Assembly (NCBI GenBank): GCA_963746175.1
Contig: CAVVAH010000008.1
Span: forward strand, 800,377-864,376
Length of the DNA stretch: 64,000 nt
From: an uncultured Actinomycetota bacterium
Lineage (GTDB): Bacteria; Actinomycetota; Actinomycetes; JACCUZ01
Direction of reading: 5' to 3'
The notes below the pieces were generated by a model, which was given only the letters and a program-made list of their open reading frames with translations, did not search any database and was not told where the DNA came from. The translations under genes were made by a program, and so were the position numbers. Each line of letters starts with the position of its first letter. Positions within the stretch are counted from its first letter, which is position 1. Of the stretch, positions 19,515 through 28,474 are shown one piece after another.

Positions 19515-19566
19515 GCTCGTTGTTACTGGCCGGTAACTCCGGCCGTCAGGTCCCCAGGAGGTCCCC

Positions 19567-20790
19567 GTGCCCGAGGCAGTGATCGTCGCCACCGCGCGCA
19601 GCCCGATCGGCCGCGCGTTCAAGGGTTCGCTCATCGGCGTCCGGCCCGACGACCTGGCCGGTACGGTGATCCGCGCCGCCCTGGACAAGGTGCCCGGGCT
19701 CGACCCGGCCACGCTGGACGACCTCATGCTCGGCTGCGCCGAACCGGACGGCGAGCAGGGCGTCAACATGGCCCGCCGGATCGCCGTCGCGCTCGGTTTC
19801 GACAGCCTCCCCGGCACGACGGTCAACCGGTTCTGCGCCTCGTCGGTGCAGACCTCGCGGATGGCGTTCCACGCCATCAAGGCCGGCGAGGGCCACGCGT
19901 TCGTGTCCGCCGGCGTCGAGTGCGTGTCCCGCTACCCCGCGTTCAGCGGCGCCGGCGCGGGCAACGAGGAGTTCGTCAACCCGCTCTTCGACCAGGCCCG
20001 GGCCCGCACCGAGGCCACCGCGAAGACCAACGAGACCTGGCACGACCCGCGCGAGGACGGCCTGCTGCCCGACGTCTACATCTCGATGGGCCAGACCGCG
20101 GAGAACCTCGCCACCTCGCGCGGCATCACCCGCGCGGACCAGGACGAGTTCGGCGTCCGCTCGCAGAACCTCGCCGAGAAGGCCATCGCCGACGGCTTCT
20201 TCGAGCGCGAGATCGTGCCGATCACCACGCCGGACGGCTTCGTGGTCGCACGCGACGACGGCCCGCGGCCGGGCGTGACCATGGAGGGCGTGGCCGGGCT
20301 CAAGACGGTCTTCCGCGAGGACGGCACGATCACCGCCGGCAACTGCTGCCCGCTCAACGACGGAGCGGCAGCCGTCGTGATCATGTCCGACACCCGCGCC
20401 GCCGAGCTGGGCATCACCCCGCTCGCCCGGATCGTGTCGACCGGAGTCAGCGGCCTGTCCCCGGAGATCATGGGCCTCGGCCCGGTCGAGGCGTCCCGCC
20501 GGGCGCTCGCACTGGCCGGCCTGACCGTCGACGACATCGACCTGGTCGAGATCAACGAGGCGTTCGCCGCCCAGGTCATCCCGTCGTACCGCGAGCTGGG
20601 CATCGACATCGACCGGCTCAACGTGCATGGCGGGGCGATCGCCCTCGGGCACCCGTTCGGCTCCACCGGCGCCCGCATCACGACGACCCTGCTCAACGGG
20701 CTGCAGAGCCGCGACAAGGAGCTCGGTCTCGAGACGATGTGCGTCGGCGGCGGCCAGGGCATGGCGATGGTCGTCCAGCGCCTGGGCTGA
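19567..20790 (+). CDS. acetyl-CoA C-acyltransferase (thiolase)
   Basis: 407 aa. NRFCASS active-site Cys region, NVHGGAIALGHPFGSTG and CVGGGQG C-terminal signatures. Confidence 0.9.
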   Translation: MPEAVIVATARSPIGRAFKGSLIGVRPDDLAGTVIRAALDKVPGLDPATLDDLMLGCAEPDGEQGVNMARRIAVALGFDSLPGTTVNRFCASSVQTSRMAFHAIKAGEGHAFVSAGVECVSRYPAFSGAGAGNEEFVNPLFDQARARTEATAKTNETWHDPREDGLLPDVYISMGQTAENLATSRGITRADQDEFGVRSQNLAEKAIADGFFEREIVPITTPDGFVVARDDGPRPGVTMEGVAGLKTVFREDGTITAGNCCPLNDGAAAVVIMSDTRAAELGITPLARIVSTGVSGLSPEIMGLGPVEASRRALALAGLTVDDIDLVEINEAFAAQVIPSYRELGIDIDRLNVHGGAIALGHPFGSTGARITTTLLNGLQSRDKELGLETMCVGGGQGMAMVVQRLG

Positions 20791-20797
20791 GGTACCG

Positions 20798-21349
20798 CTA
20801 GAGCCGGCGGCGCAGGTCGGCGAGCAGCCTCGCGGCGAGCTCGATCCGCTCCCGCGCCGGCAGCCCGTCGTCCTGCCCCATCGGCACGACCGTCTGGGGG
20901 TCGACCAGGTGCATGGCCGCGAGCAGGTCGTTCCCGCCGACGGCGACCTGGTCGCCGGCGGCGAAGACGTTCAGCTCGGGCATCCCCCGGGGGCCGGGGT
21001 AGGGCCGTCCCTCCGCTGCCGCCTCGAACGCGACGGCCAGGTCCGACAGCCAGCTCCCCATCGCCTGACCGGCCTGCGCCCGGGTGCCCCAGTGCGGCAG
21101 CTGCTCTTCGCCGGGTGCCACCTGGCCGTCCAGGCGGGCGTGCGACATCGAACGCAGCCGGTCGGCCACCCGCCCGACGTCGGCGGCCAGCTCGGAGCGC
21201 AGCGGCTCCCAGCTGTCCACGTCGTGGTCCGGCACGCGCGTGACCCTAACCGGGGGTTGTGGCGAGCCCGGTCGTGAGGCAGTCTCGACCCCATGGTTCG
21301 CTGAGTCCCCCACTGGAGGCGCCGATGTCCCTGCACCACTCCGAGGCAA
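20798..21349 (-). CDS. hypothetical protein
   Basis: ORF with no recognised motif. The true start may be an internal GTG near 21241. Confidence 0.35.
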   Translation of the reverse strand: MPRSGAGTSAPPVGDSANHGVETASRPGSPQPPVRVTRVPDHDVDSWEPLRSELAADVGRVADRLRSMSHARLDGQVAPGEEQLPHWGTRAQAGQAMGSWLSDLAVAFEAAAEGRPYPGPRGMPELNVFAAGDQVAVGGNDLLAAMHLVDPQTVVPMGQDDGLPARERIELAARLLADLRRRL

Positions 21350-21555
21350 CCCACCAGCAGCTGATCGAGCGGGTGCCGCAGGTCACCGGACGCGACCTGC
21401 CCCAGTGGTTCGAGACCCTCGAGAACGGGCCCGGCCTCCTCCGCTTCGACGAGCGGGTCAACTGGCTGCGCGACGAGCACGGCATCTCGCACGGCCACGC
21501 CTCGGCGATCGTGCACGAGCACGACCTCCGGCGCGGGGCGCGGCGCCACTCCTGA
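21325..21555 (+). CDS. DUF4287 domain protein
   Basis: MSLHHSEATHQQLIERVPQVTGRDLPQWFETLE...ERVNWLRDEHGISHGHASAIV matches the DUF4287 consensus. SD ggagg before the ATG. Confidence 0.6.
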   Translation: MSLHHSEATHQQLIERVPQVTGRDLPQWFETLENGPGLLRFDERVNWLRDEHGISHGHASAIVHEHDLRRGARRHS

Positions 21556-21962
21556 CGGCCGACGAGGCGCGCGCCTTCGTCCGCGCCCACCACCTGGCTG
21601 TGCTCGCGACCTTCCGCCGCGACGGCCGGCCGCAGCTCTCGCCGGTCACGGCGGGCGTCGACGACGACGGCCGGATCGAGATCTCGACCCGCGAGCCGTC
21701 GATGAAGGTCAAGAACCTGCGCCGCGACCCGAGGGTCTCCCTCTGCCTGCTCAACCGGTCGTTCTTCGGCGAGTGGGGACAGGTCGAGGGCACCGCCGAG
21801 ATCGTCGAGCGACCGGCCGCGCTACCGCTGCTCGTCGACTACTACCGCCGGATCTCCGGCGAGCACCCGGACTGGGACGACTACCGCGCCGCCATGGAGC
21901 GCGAGCAGCGGGTGCTGGTCCGCTTCGAGATCGAGCGCGCCGGACCGACCGTCGAAGGTTGA
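21556..21962 (+). CDS. PPOX-class (pyridoxamine 5'-phosphate oxidase-like, probable F420-dependent) protein
   Basis: EARAFVRAHHLAVLATFRRDGRPQLSPV N-terminal signature. No canonical start, so it may be fused to DUF4287 by a frameshift. Confidence 0.55.
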
Positions 21963-22074
21963 CGAGTGCGTCCCGCCCGCCGGTGACCCGCCGTCGTGGT
22001 GGCGGTCAGAGCGCCAGGACCAGGACGTTGCGCCGTTGCTCCCACGGCGCCGTCGGTGCCTGTCCACCGTCCGC

Positions 22075-22230
22075 AAATGATCGTTTGCGACCTGGTTCAC
22101 CGGACACGCCGTGCCGAGCCCGGCGTGTCGGGGACCGACGTCGCAAACGATCACTCGCGGGGTGGAACGGTAGGCCGGCTCGCGGACGGCGGGCCGCCAC
22201 CTCCCGCCTCCGCCGTCCTGGCCGCTCTGA
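22075..22230 (+). repeat. intergenic palindromic repeat element, copy 2 of the gatcg..tgcgac subfamily, with the conserved gcggacggcg...cctccc tail
   Basis: gatcgtttgcgac-ctggttcaccggacacgcc-gtgccgagcccggc-gtgtcggggaccgac-gtcgcaaacgatc, then cggctcgcggacggcgggccgccacctcccgcctcc. Confidence 0.55.
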
Positions 22231-22329
22231 CGCGAGCAAGCGACGGCGGGACAGGTCGCCAGCCGACCCAGAACGCAGGACGGGCCGCACCCCGAGGGGT
22301 GCGGCCCGGCCGTGCGTCTTGGTCTGGGA

Positions 22330-23130
22330 CTAGTCGCCGCGCAGGATCGCGATCAGGCGCAGCATCTCGATGTACAGCCACACCAGCGTGACGACGAGGC
22401 CGAAGGCCGCGAGCCAGGCGTAGCGCTCGGGGATGCCGTTCTTGACGCCCTGGTCGGCGAAGTCGAAGTCCAGGATGAGCATCGCGGCAGCCAGGCCGAC
22501 CGCGAACAACCCGATCAAGAAGCCGAACGGACCCTGTCGGAGACCGAAGTCGCCACCGCCACCGAAGAGCATCACCACGAGATTGACCAGGCAGAAGACC
22601 AGGTAGCCGCCCATCCCGATGAGGACGGTGCGGCGGAACTTCGGGGTGGCCCGGACCTTGCCGCTCTTGTACGCCGCGAGTGCCACGGCGAACACCGCCA
22701 GGGTGCCGATGACGGCCTGGGCGACGACGCCCGGCCAGCGGTTCTCGAACGCCTGGCTGATGCCGCCGATGAAGAGGCCCTCGGCGGCGGCGTAGCCGAT
22801 GATGAGTGCGGGGCTGGTCGACTGCTTGAACGAGACGACGAGACCGAGCACCAGCCCGGCGATCGCACCGCCGATCGTGAGCAGCGGGCTGGCGAGCCAC
22901 CAGTTCACGGCGGCGGCCGGCACCAGCACCGCGAAGAGGATGCCGGTCCTGATGACGACGTCGTCCATCGTCATGCGGCCGGTGTCGACCCCGCTGGCGG
23001 GCGGCGCGTTGTACATGTCCTCGAGCTGGCCGGCGGTCGCGGTGGGCACGGCCGACTGCTCGTTGAACGTGGCGTACCCCTTCTGCGAGAACGCCTTGCT
23101 GTTGTTGAAGACCGGGTTGCGGCTCTCCAT
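22330..23130 (-). CDS. Bax inhibitor-1 / YccA (TMBIM) family membrane protein
   Basis: 266 aa, seven hydrophobic helices. N-terminal NPVFNN...KGY typical of the BI-1/YccA family. Confidence 0.75.
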   Translation of the reverse strand: MESRNPVFNNSKAFSQKGYATFNEQSAVPTATAGQLEDMYNAPPASGVDTGRMTMDDVVIRTGILFAVLVPAAAVNWWLASPLLTIGGAIAGLVLGLVVSFKQSTSPALIIGYAAAEGLFIGGISQAFENRWPGVVAQAVIGTLAVFAVALAAYKSGKVRATPKFRRTVLIGMGGYLVFCLVNLVVMLFGGGGDFGLRQGPFGFLIGLFAVGLAAAMLILDFDFADQGVKNGIPERYAWLAAFGLVVTLVWLYIEMLRLIAILRGD

Positions 23131-23230
23131 GACACTCCTCCGTGGGGTGCCCGCGGGAAGTCGCGGGACAGGATCCTGCCCAGAGTAACGACAAGGGCGG
23201 ATCCCGCGTTCCCCGAACGGGTGACGAACG

Positions 23231-23305
23231 TGCCCCCGGTGGGACTCGAACCCACACTGGACCCGCTTTTAAGGCGAGCGCCTCGACCAATTGGGCTACA
23301 GGGGC
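23231..23305 (-). tRNA. tRNA gene, class I (short variable loop), apparent anticodon UAA (would read UUA Leu), discriminator A
   Basis: Minus-strand sequence GCCCCTGTAGCCCAATTGGTCGAGGCGCTCGCCTTAAAAGCGGGTCCAGTGTGGGTTCGAGTCCCACCGGGGGCA. 7-bp acceptor stem, GGTTCGAGTCC T-loop, anticodon stem CTCGC/GCGGG with loop CTTAAAA. No CCA encoded. Confidence 0.8.
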
Positions 23306-23379
23306 GGCTGCGGCTCGCCCACCCGCTCTCGACGAGTGAGCGTGTCGAGGCGGACGCGTAGCGTTCTCGCGAGCGAACG

Positions 23380-23918
23380 AAACGACGGATGCATCGGCGG
23401 CGCGAGCGGCGGGGTGCAGGGCATCCGCCGGCCCGGTCGAGGAACAGCAGCCCGTCGAGGTGGTCGATCTCGTGCTGCAGGGCGCGGGCCTCGAAGCCGT
23501 CGGTCTCGATCTCGACCTCGGCGCCGGTCCCTGGCACCACCGCCAGGACCACCAGCCGGGTGGCTCGCTTGACGTCACCGGTGAGGTCGGGCACCGACAG
23601 ACAGCCCTCCCGGCCGCGCTCCCAGCGGCTCGCCGACGCCACCGCCGGGTTCGCCAGCACCAGCGCGCCGTGGCAGGCCTTGGTCCGCGGGTGATCGGAG
23701 ACGTCCAACGAGAGCACCCGGAGGGGCACCCCGACCTGCGGCGCTGCGAGCCCTACGCAGCCGGCCGCGGAACGCTGCGTCGCCAGCAGGTCGGCAGCCA
23801 GCGCCAGGACGTCCGGGTCGAGCGGGTCGACCTCCTCCGCTCGCGAGGACAGCACCCTCGCGGGCGCCAGCACCGACTGCCGCACCCGCCCGACAGGAAG
23901 GGGCGGGAGCAGGCTCAC
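23380..23918 (-). CDS. def: peptide deformylase (C-terminus uncertain; no in-frame stop before the tRNA)
   Basis: GLAAPQVG, EGCLSVP and QHEIDHLDG motifs. The ORF runs on without a stop to 22971, through the tRNA, so a frameshift or lost stop is inferred. Confidence 0.75.
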
Positions 23919-24433
23919 AGCACGTCGGGGTCGAGGACCCGCAGGGAGACGTCCACGCCGAGGTCGCTGCCGACCGCCGCGAGGTCCCGGCTCAGCTCCT
24001 CCGGGTCGACCGCTCCCGGCAGGTCGACCTCGGCGAGCAGGACGTAGAGGTCGCCCGAGAGCCGGGTCGACAGGTCGGTGACGTTGCCGCCGGCCTCCGC
24101 GACCAGCCCCGTGACGGTCGCGACGATCCCGGGCCGGTCGGCCCCGTGCACCGAGAGGAGGTACGTCGAGCCGAGCGCCGTCGCGGGGTCCTCGTACGGG
24201 ATCTCCCGCACCGACACCTGCAGCGTGCCGTCGGCGGAGAGCGAGCGCAGCGCGTCCTCGGCCTCGGCCGGCGTGACCTCGGCATGGGCGACCACCACCA
24301 TCGCGAAGTGACCCCGCAGGATGGTCATCGTCGAGTCCTCGAGGTTCGCCCCGAGCTCCGCGAGCACTCCGGTCGTCTCGGCGATGATGCCCGGCCGGTC
24401 ATGGCCGAGGACGGTGACCGCGAGCAGCGTCAC
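23915..24433 (-). CDS. tandem ACT-domain protein (GcvR-like regulator)
   Basis: Two VxVxGxDRPGIVA ACT signatures: VTVLGHDRPGIIAETTGVLA and LSVHGADRPGIVATVTGLVA. GTG start. Stop overlaps the def start. Confidence 0.65.
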   Translation of the reverse strand: MTLLAVTVLGHDRPGIIAETTGVLAELGANLEDSTMTILRGHFAMVVVAHAEVTPAEAEDALRSLSADGTLQVSVREIPYEDPATALGSTYLLSVHGADRPGIVATVTGLVAEAGGNVTDLSTRLSGDLYVLLAEVDLPGAVDPEELSRDLAAVGSDLGVDVSLRVLDPDVL

Positions 24434-25765
24434 CGGCTTGCCTCGCTGAACTCCTCGCGGGGTCGCTGCAGCGACCCGAGCGACACCACGTCCCGGCGGA
24501 AGAAGAGCGCCAGCGTCCAGTCGAGGACGACCCGGACCTTGCGGTTGAACGTCGGGACCCGGCTCACGTGGTAGGTCCGGTGCATGAACCAGGCCGGGAA
24601 GCCGCGCAGCTTGACGCCGTAGACCTGCGCGACCCCCTTGTGCAGGCCGAGCGAGGCCACCGACCCCACGTGCTTGTGCGCGTAGGCCCGCGGGTCGCGG
24701 CCGTTGAGCACCAGGGCGATGTTGTCGCCGAGGACCTTGGCCTGGCGTACGGCGTGCTGCGCGCTCGGGCTGGTCGCGGACTCCCGGGCCGGCCGTCAGG
24801 TCGGGGACCGACGCGCCGTCCCCGGCCGACCAGGCACCGTCGACGTCCTCCACCCGCAGGTCCGGCCGGCAGCGCAGCCGGCCCTTGTCGTCGAGCGGCA
24901 GGCCGGTCCTCGCGAGCACCGGGTTGGCCCTGACGCCGGCGGTCCAGACGATCGTGTCGGCGTCGAACGCCGTGCCGTCGGACAGCACGACGTGGCCGTC
25001 GACGCACGACTCGAGCCGGGTGTCCAGCCGGACGTCGATCTTGCGCTTCACCAGCTCGCGGACCGTGTACCGCCCGAGGTCCTCCCCGACCTCCGGGAGG
25101 ATCCGGCCGGTGGCCTCGACGAGCACGAAGCGGATGTCGCCCTTGGACAGCTCCGGGTAGTAGCGGGTCGCGTAGGTGGTCATGTCCTCCAGCTCGGCCA
25201 GCGCCTCGATCCCGGCGTAGCCACCACCGACGAACACGAACGTGAGCAGCTTGCGGCGCTCGGCGTGGTCGGTGACGCTCGTCGCGATGTCGAGCTTCTC
25301 GAGGACCTGGTTGCGCAGCGCGATGGCCTCCTCGACCTGCTTGAACCCGATGCCCTGCTCGGCCAGCCCCGGGATCGGCAGGGTGCGCGCGATGGACCCG
25401 GGCGCCAGCACCACCACCTCGTAGGACAGCTCGTACGCGTCCCCTCGGGGAGGCTGGATCACCGCGACCCGGCGCTCGTGGTCGAGCGAGACGAACCGGC
25501 CGGTGAGGACCTCGCACTTGTCGAGGACGCGGCGCAGCGGGACGACGACGTGCCGCGGCTCGACGCTGCCGGCAGCCGCCTCGGGCAGGAACGGCTGGTA
25601 GGTCATGTACGACCGGGGGTCGACGACGATGACCTCGACCCGCTTCGCCTTGATCTCGGACCGGAGCCGGCGCTGCAGCCGCAGTGCGGTGTACATCCCG
25701 ACGTAGCCGCCACCGACGATCAGGATGCGGGTCCGTCCGGGTGAGGCAGCGGGCGTGATCGCCAT
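24430..25765 (-). CDS. ndh: type II NADH dehydrogenase (NDH-2) with an apparent frameshift near 24790
   Basis: ILIVGGGYVGMYTA Rossmann motif, a second FVGGGYAG. The C-terminus (NGRDPRAYAHKH...WFMHRTYH) lies in a different frame (ORF 24430-24711). Confidence 0.7.
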
Positions 25766-25767
25766 GA

Positions 25768-26564
25768 TCAGACTGTATTCCGCAGCCCCGCGACGGTGGC
25801 CGCCCGGTCCAGGACCTGGTCGAGCATCTCCTCGGTCAGCCGGCCGGTGAAGGTGTTCTGCTGGCTCGGGTGGAACGAGCCGACAACGGTCACGGCACCG
25901 ATGACCGCCTCCGCGCCGTGACCGAAGCGCGGTCGTGGGCGGGGCTCTCCAGGCCGAGCCTGGACAGGCAGCCCGAACGTCGCCTGCCAGGCGAAGGCAC
26001 CGAGGGCGACGACGACCCGCAGCTGCGGCAGCAGCAGCGCGACCTCGGCGTCCATCCACGGCGCGCAGGTGTCCCGCTCGGCGGGCGTGGGCGCGTTGGC
26101 CGGCGGCGCGCAGCGCACCGGCGCCAGCATCCGCGTGCCGATCAGCCGCTGCCCGTCGCCGGCGCGCGTGCTGGTCGGCCGGGCGGCCAGCCCGACCCGG
26201 TGCAGCGCCGCGAACAACCAGTCGCCGCTGCGGTCACCGGTGAAGATCCGGCCGGTCCGGTTGCCGCCGTGGGCGGCCGGCGCGAGGCCGACCACGAGCG
26301 ACGGCGCCGCGGGTCGCCCCAGCCCGCGATCGGCCGACCCCAGTACTGCTCGGCGTCGAACGACCTCCGCCGGTCGACGGCGACCTGCTCGCGCCACTGC
26401 ACGAGCCGTGGGCAGGCACGGCACACCGAGACGGCTGCGTCGAGCTCGGGCAGCGTGACCGCGGCGCGCGGCCAGCCGGCGTACGTCGTCGGGCGACGAC
26501 GCGACCGGGGTGCGCCCGTCGGCGGGGTCGTCCGGCCACCCGGTGCCCGGCGGCACCGGACCAC
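25768..26564 (-). CDS. uracil-DNA glycosylase, family 4/5 (UdgB-like, GLAPA motif) with an apparent frameshift near 26290
   Basis: CRACPRL Fe-S motif in one frame. [26 protein letters not shown] and GAFAW...HPS motifs in another. Confidence 0.6.
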
Positions 26565-26573
26565 GCACCCCGC

Positions 26574-27278
26574 TCAGAGGCGGCTGCGGAGCAGGTCGAC
26601 CGTGCGGCGCCATGCAGCGTCCGAGTGCTCCTTGTCGTGGACCTCGGGACGGGTGTCGTTGAAGAACGCGTGCGACGACCCGGGGTAGTCGTAGACCTCG
26701 ACGTCTCCGCCGGCCTTCTCGATGCCGCGGACCGCGGCCTGGACGCCGTCGGCCTTGGAGGTGCCGTCCTCCTCGGAGGCGTGGATCATCGCGCTCTTGT
26801 TCGTGTAGTTGCCCCACGTCGGCGACATCGCGTCCCACGGCAGCGCGGGGTAGAAGCCGACCGCGACCTTGATCTCCTCGTCGATGGCGCCGCTCCAGAG
26901 CGCGAGCGAGCCACCCATGCAGAACCCGACCGCCCCCACACCGGTGCCCTCGGTCTCGGACCGCTCGGCGAGGTAGCGCGCCGCGCCCTGGATGTCCTTG
27001 GCGGCGCGGTCCATCTCCATCGACATGAGCAGCCGCTGCGCGTCGTCGGGCTCGGCGGTCTGCTGGCCGTGGAAGAAGTCAGGCGCCAGGGCCACGAAGC
27101 CGGCTTCGGCGAAGCGGTCGCTGACGTCCTTGATGTGGTCGACGAGGCCCCACCACTCCTGGACGACGATCACTCCGGGGTGCGCTCCGTCGGCGTCGGG
27201 CACGGCGAGGTAGGCCTCGCAGCTGTCGCCGTTGCTGGGGAAGCTGACCATCTCGCCCACGGGCGGGACCTCTTTCAC
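26574..27278 (-). CDS. dienelactone hydrolase family protein
   Basis: GVIVVQEWWGL and GAVGFCMGGSLA nucleophile elbow, and the HAF motif. Alternative start at MVSFP (27251). Confidence 0.75.
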   Translation of the reverse strand: MKEVPPVGEMVSFPSNGDSCEAYLAVPDADGAHPGVIVVQEWWGLVDHIKDVSDRFAEAGFVALAPDFFHGQQTAEPDDAQRLLMSMEMDRAAKDIQGAARYLAERSETEGTGVGAVGFCMGGSLALWSGAIDEEIKVAVGFYPALPWDAMSPTWGNYTNKSAMIHASEEDGTSKADGVQAAVRGIEKAGGDVEVYDYPGSSHAFFNDTRPEVHDKEHSDAAWRRTVDLLRSRL

Positions 27279-27479
27279 GCTCGGCGTGCGGCGCCGCGGT
27301 GGCGCCAGGTGCTGGCGTGGAGGACCTTTCCACTCCGGGGCCGCGCTACGCCAGGGTCCCCCGACCGATTCCCGTCACCGTTTCCGCGGTCGGGCTCGGG
27401 CTCGCGGTGCGGTGACGGCGCTGGCTCCAGGGGTGGGCGTGACCAGCGACCAGCGGCGGCGCGTCGACCGACGGGCCGG

Positions 27480-28347
27480 CGTCGGGTCCTGACGGTGCGT
27501 CGGACTCGACGTACGGTAGGGGAAGGCGTTGTCGATCACGCGGCCCTGGCTGTCGAAGACCGGCCGCGGGTGCACGTCCGGTGACAGGTCGAGCGAGAGC
27601 GGCGCGCCGTCTGGTCGTACAGGCGGACGTCGTGGAGCAGTGGCCCTGAGGCGTCGTAGGCGTACAGGTTCCACACCTGGTGCCGCGGCGTAGACGCCCT
27701 CGGGCGGCACCAGGTGTCGCTGGTGAGGAGTACAGCGCACCTTCCTGGATGTACACGACGTTGTTCGCCTGGTCGACGCAGGAGGGGCGAGCACGGGGAC
27801 GGCGGCCAGGGCCGCCACCAGGATAGAGGGCGAGCACGGCGCGACGCGGCAGCGGTCCATGCCCCGGCGGCCGAGCTGCACCGAGGCCCACACGGCGACG
27901 ACGAGGAGGAGCAGGCCCACCTCGGGCGACACGACCCGCGGCACGAAGGGCAGGTTGCCGGACCAGGTCCGGCGTGCTCTGGCCGGGCCACATCGCCACG
28001 AGCCCGACGAGGACCCAGGCGCGGGCCAGCCACCAGACCGGCCGCAACGAGGTGAGGTACGCCTGCGCCGCCGCGACCCGGCGGCCGCCGGCCGCAGCGC
28101 CAGCCGGGCCACGAGGCGTCCGCCGGCGCGACCCCGTGCCGCACCGGCGGCAGCCCGGCCGACGCGAGCTCGCGGCGACTGGTGGCGGCGAGCCGGGTCG
28201 CGAGCGGCGCGTCGCTCTCGGCGGCCAGCTCGTCGAGGTCGTCGCGAGCTCGTCGAGCAGGTCGGCGCGGTCCTCGACAGGCAGGTCGGCCAGCCGGGCC
28301 GCGACGCCGTCGAGGTAGTCCTGCGATTCACGACTGCGGGTCATCAT
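27480..28347 (-). pseudogene. membrane protein with a DUF1700-like N-terminus, fragmented across three frames
   Basis: MMTRSRESQDYLDGVAARLADLPVEDRADLLDEL, then TM segments (LRPVWWLARAWVLVGLVAMW; GLLLLVVAVWASVQL) and a conserved-looking VWNLYAYDASGPLLHDVRLYDQ stretch, spread over different frames. Confidence 0.35.
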
Positions 28348-28474
28348 GCTGGTCCCCGTGCCCGGTCCCGTGCTCATCGTCGCCCCTCTGCGTGCGTCGC
28401 GCCGGCCAGCAGGCCGCCCATGGTGTCGGCGAAGGCCAACCAGGAGGCGCATCGCCGACTGAAACGTTCGGCAG

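Noticed and set aside
22971-23380. C-terminal 150 aa of the def ORF as a real extension
   Set aside because: It overlaps a well-formed tRNA gene and is low-complexity Arg/Ser/Pro. It is attributed to a missing stop or frameshift.
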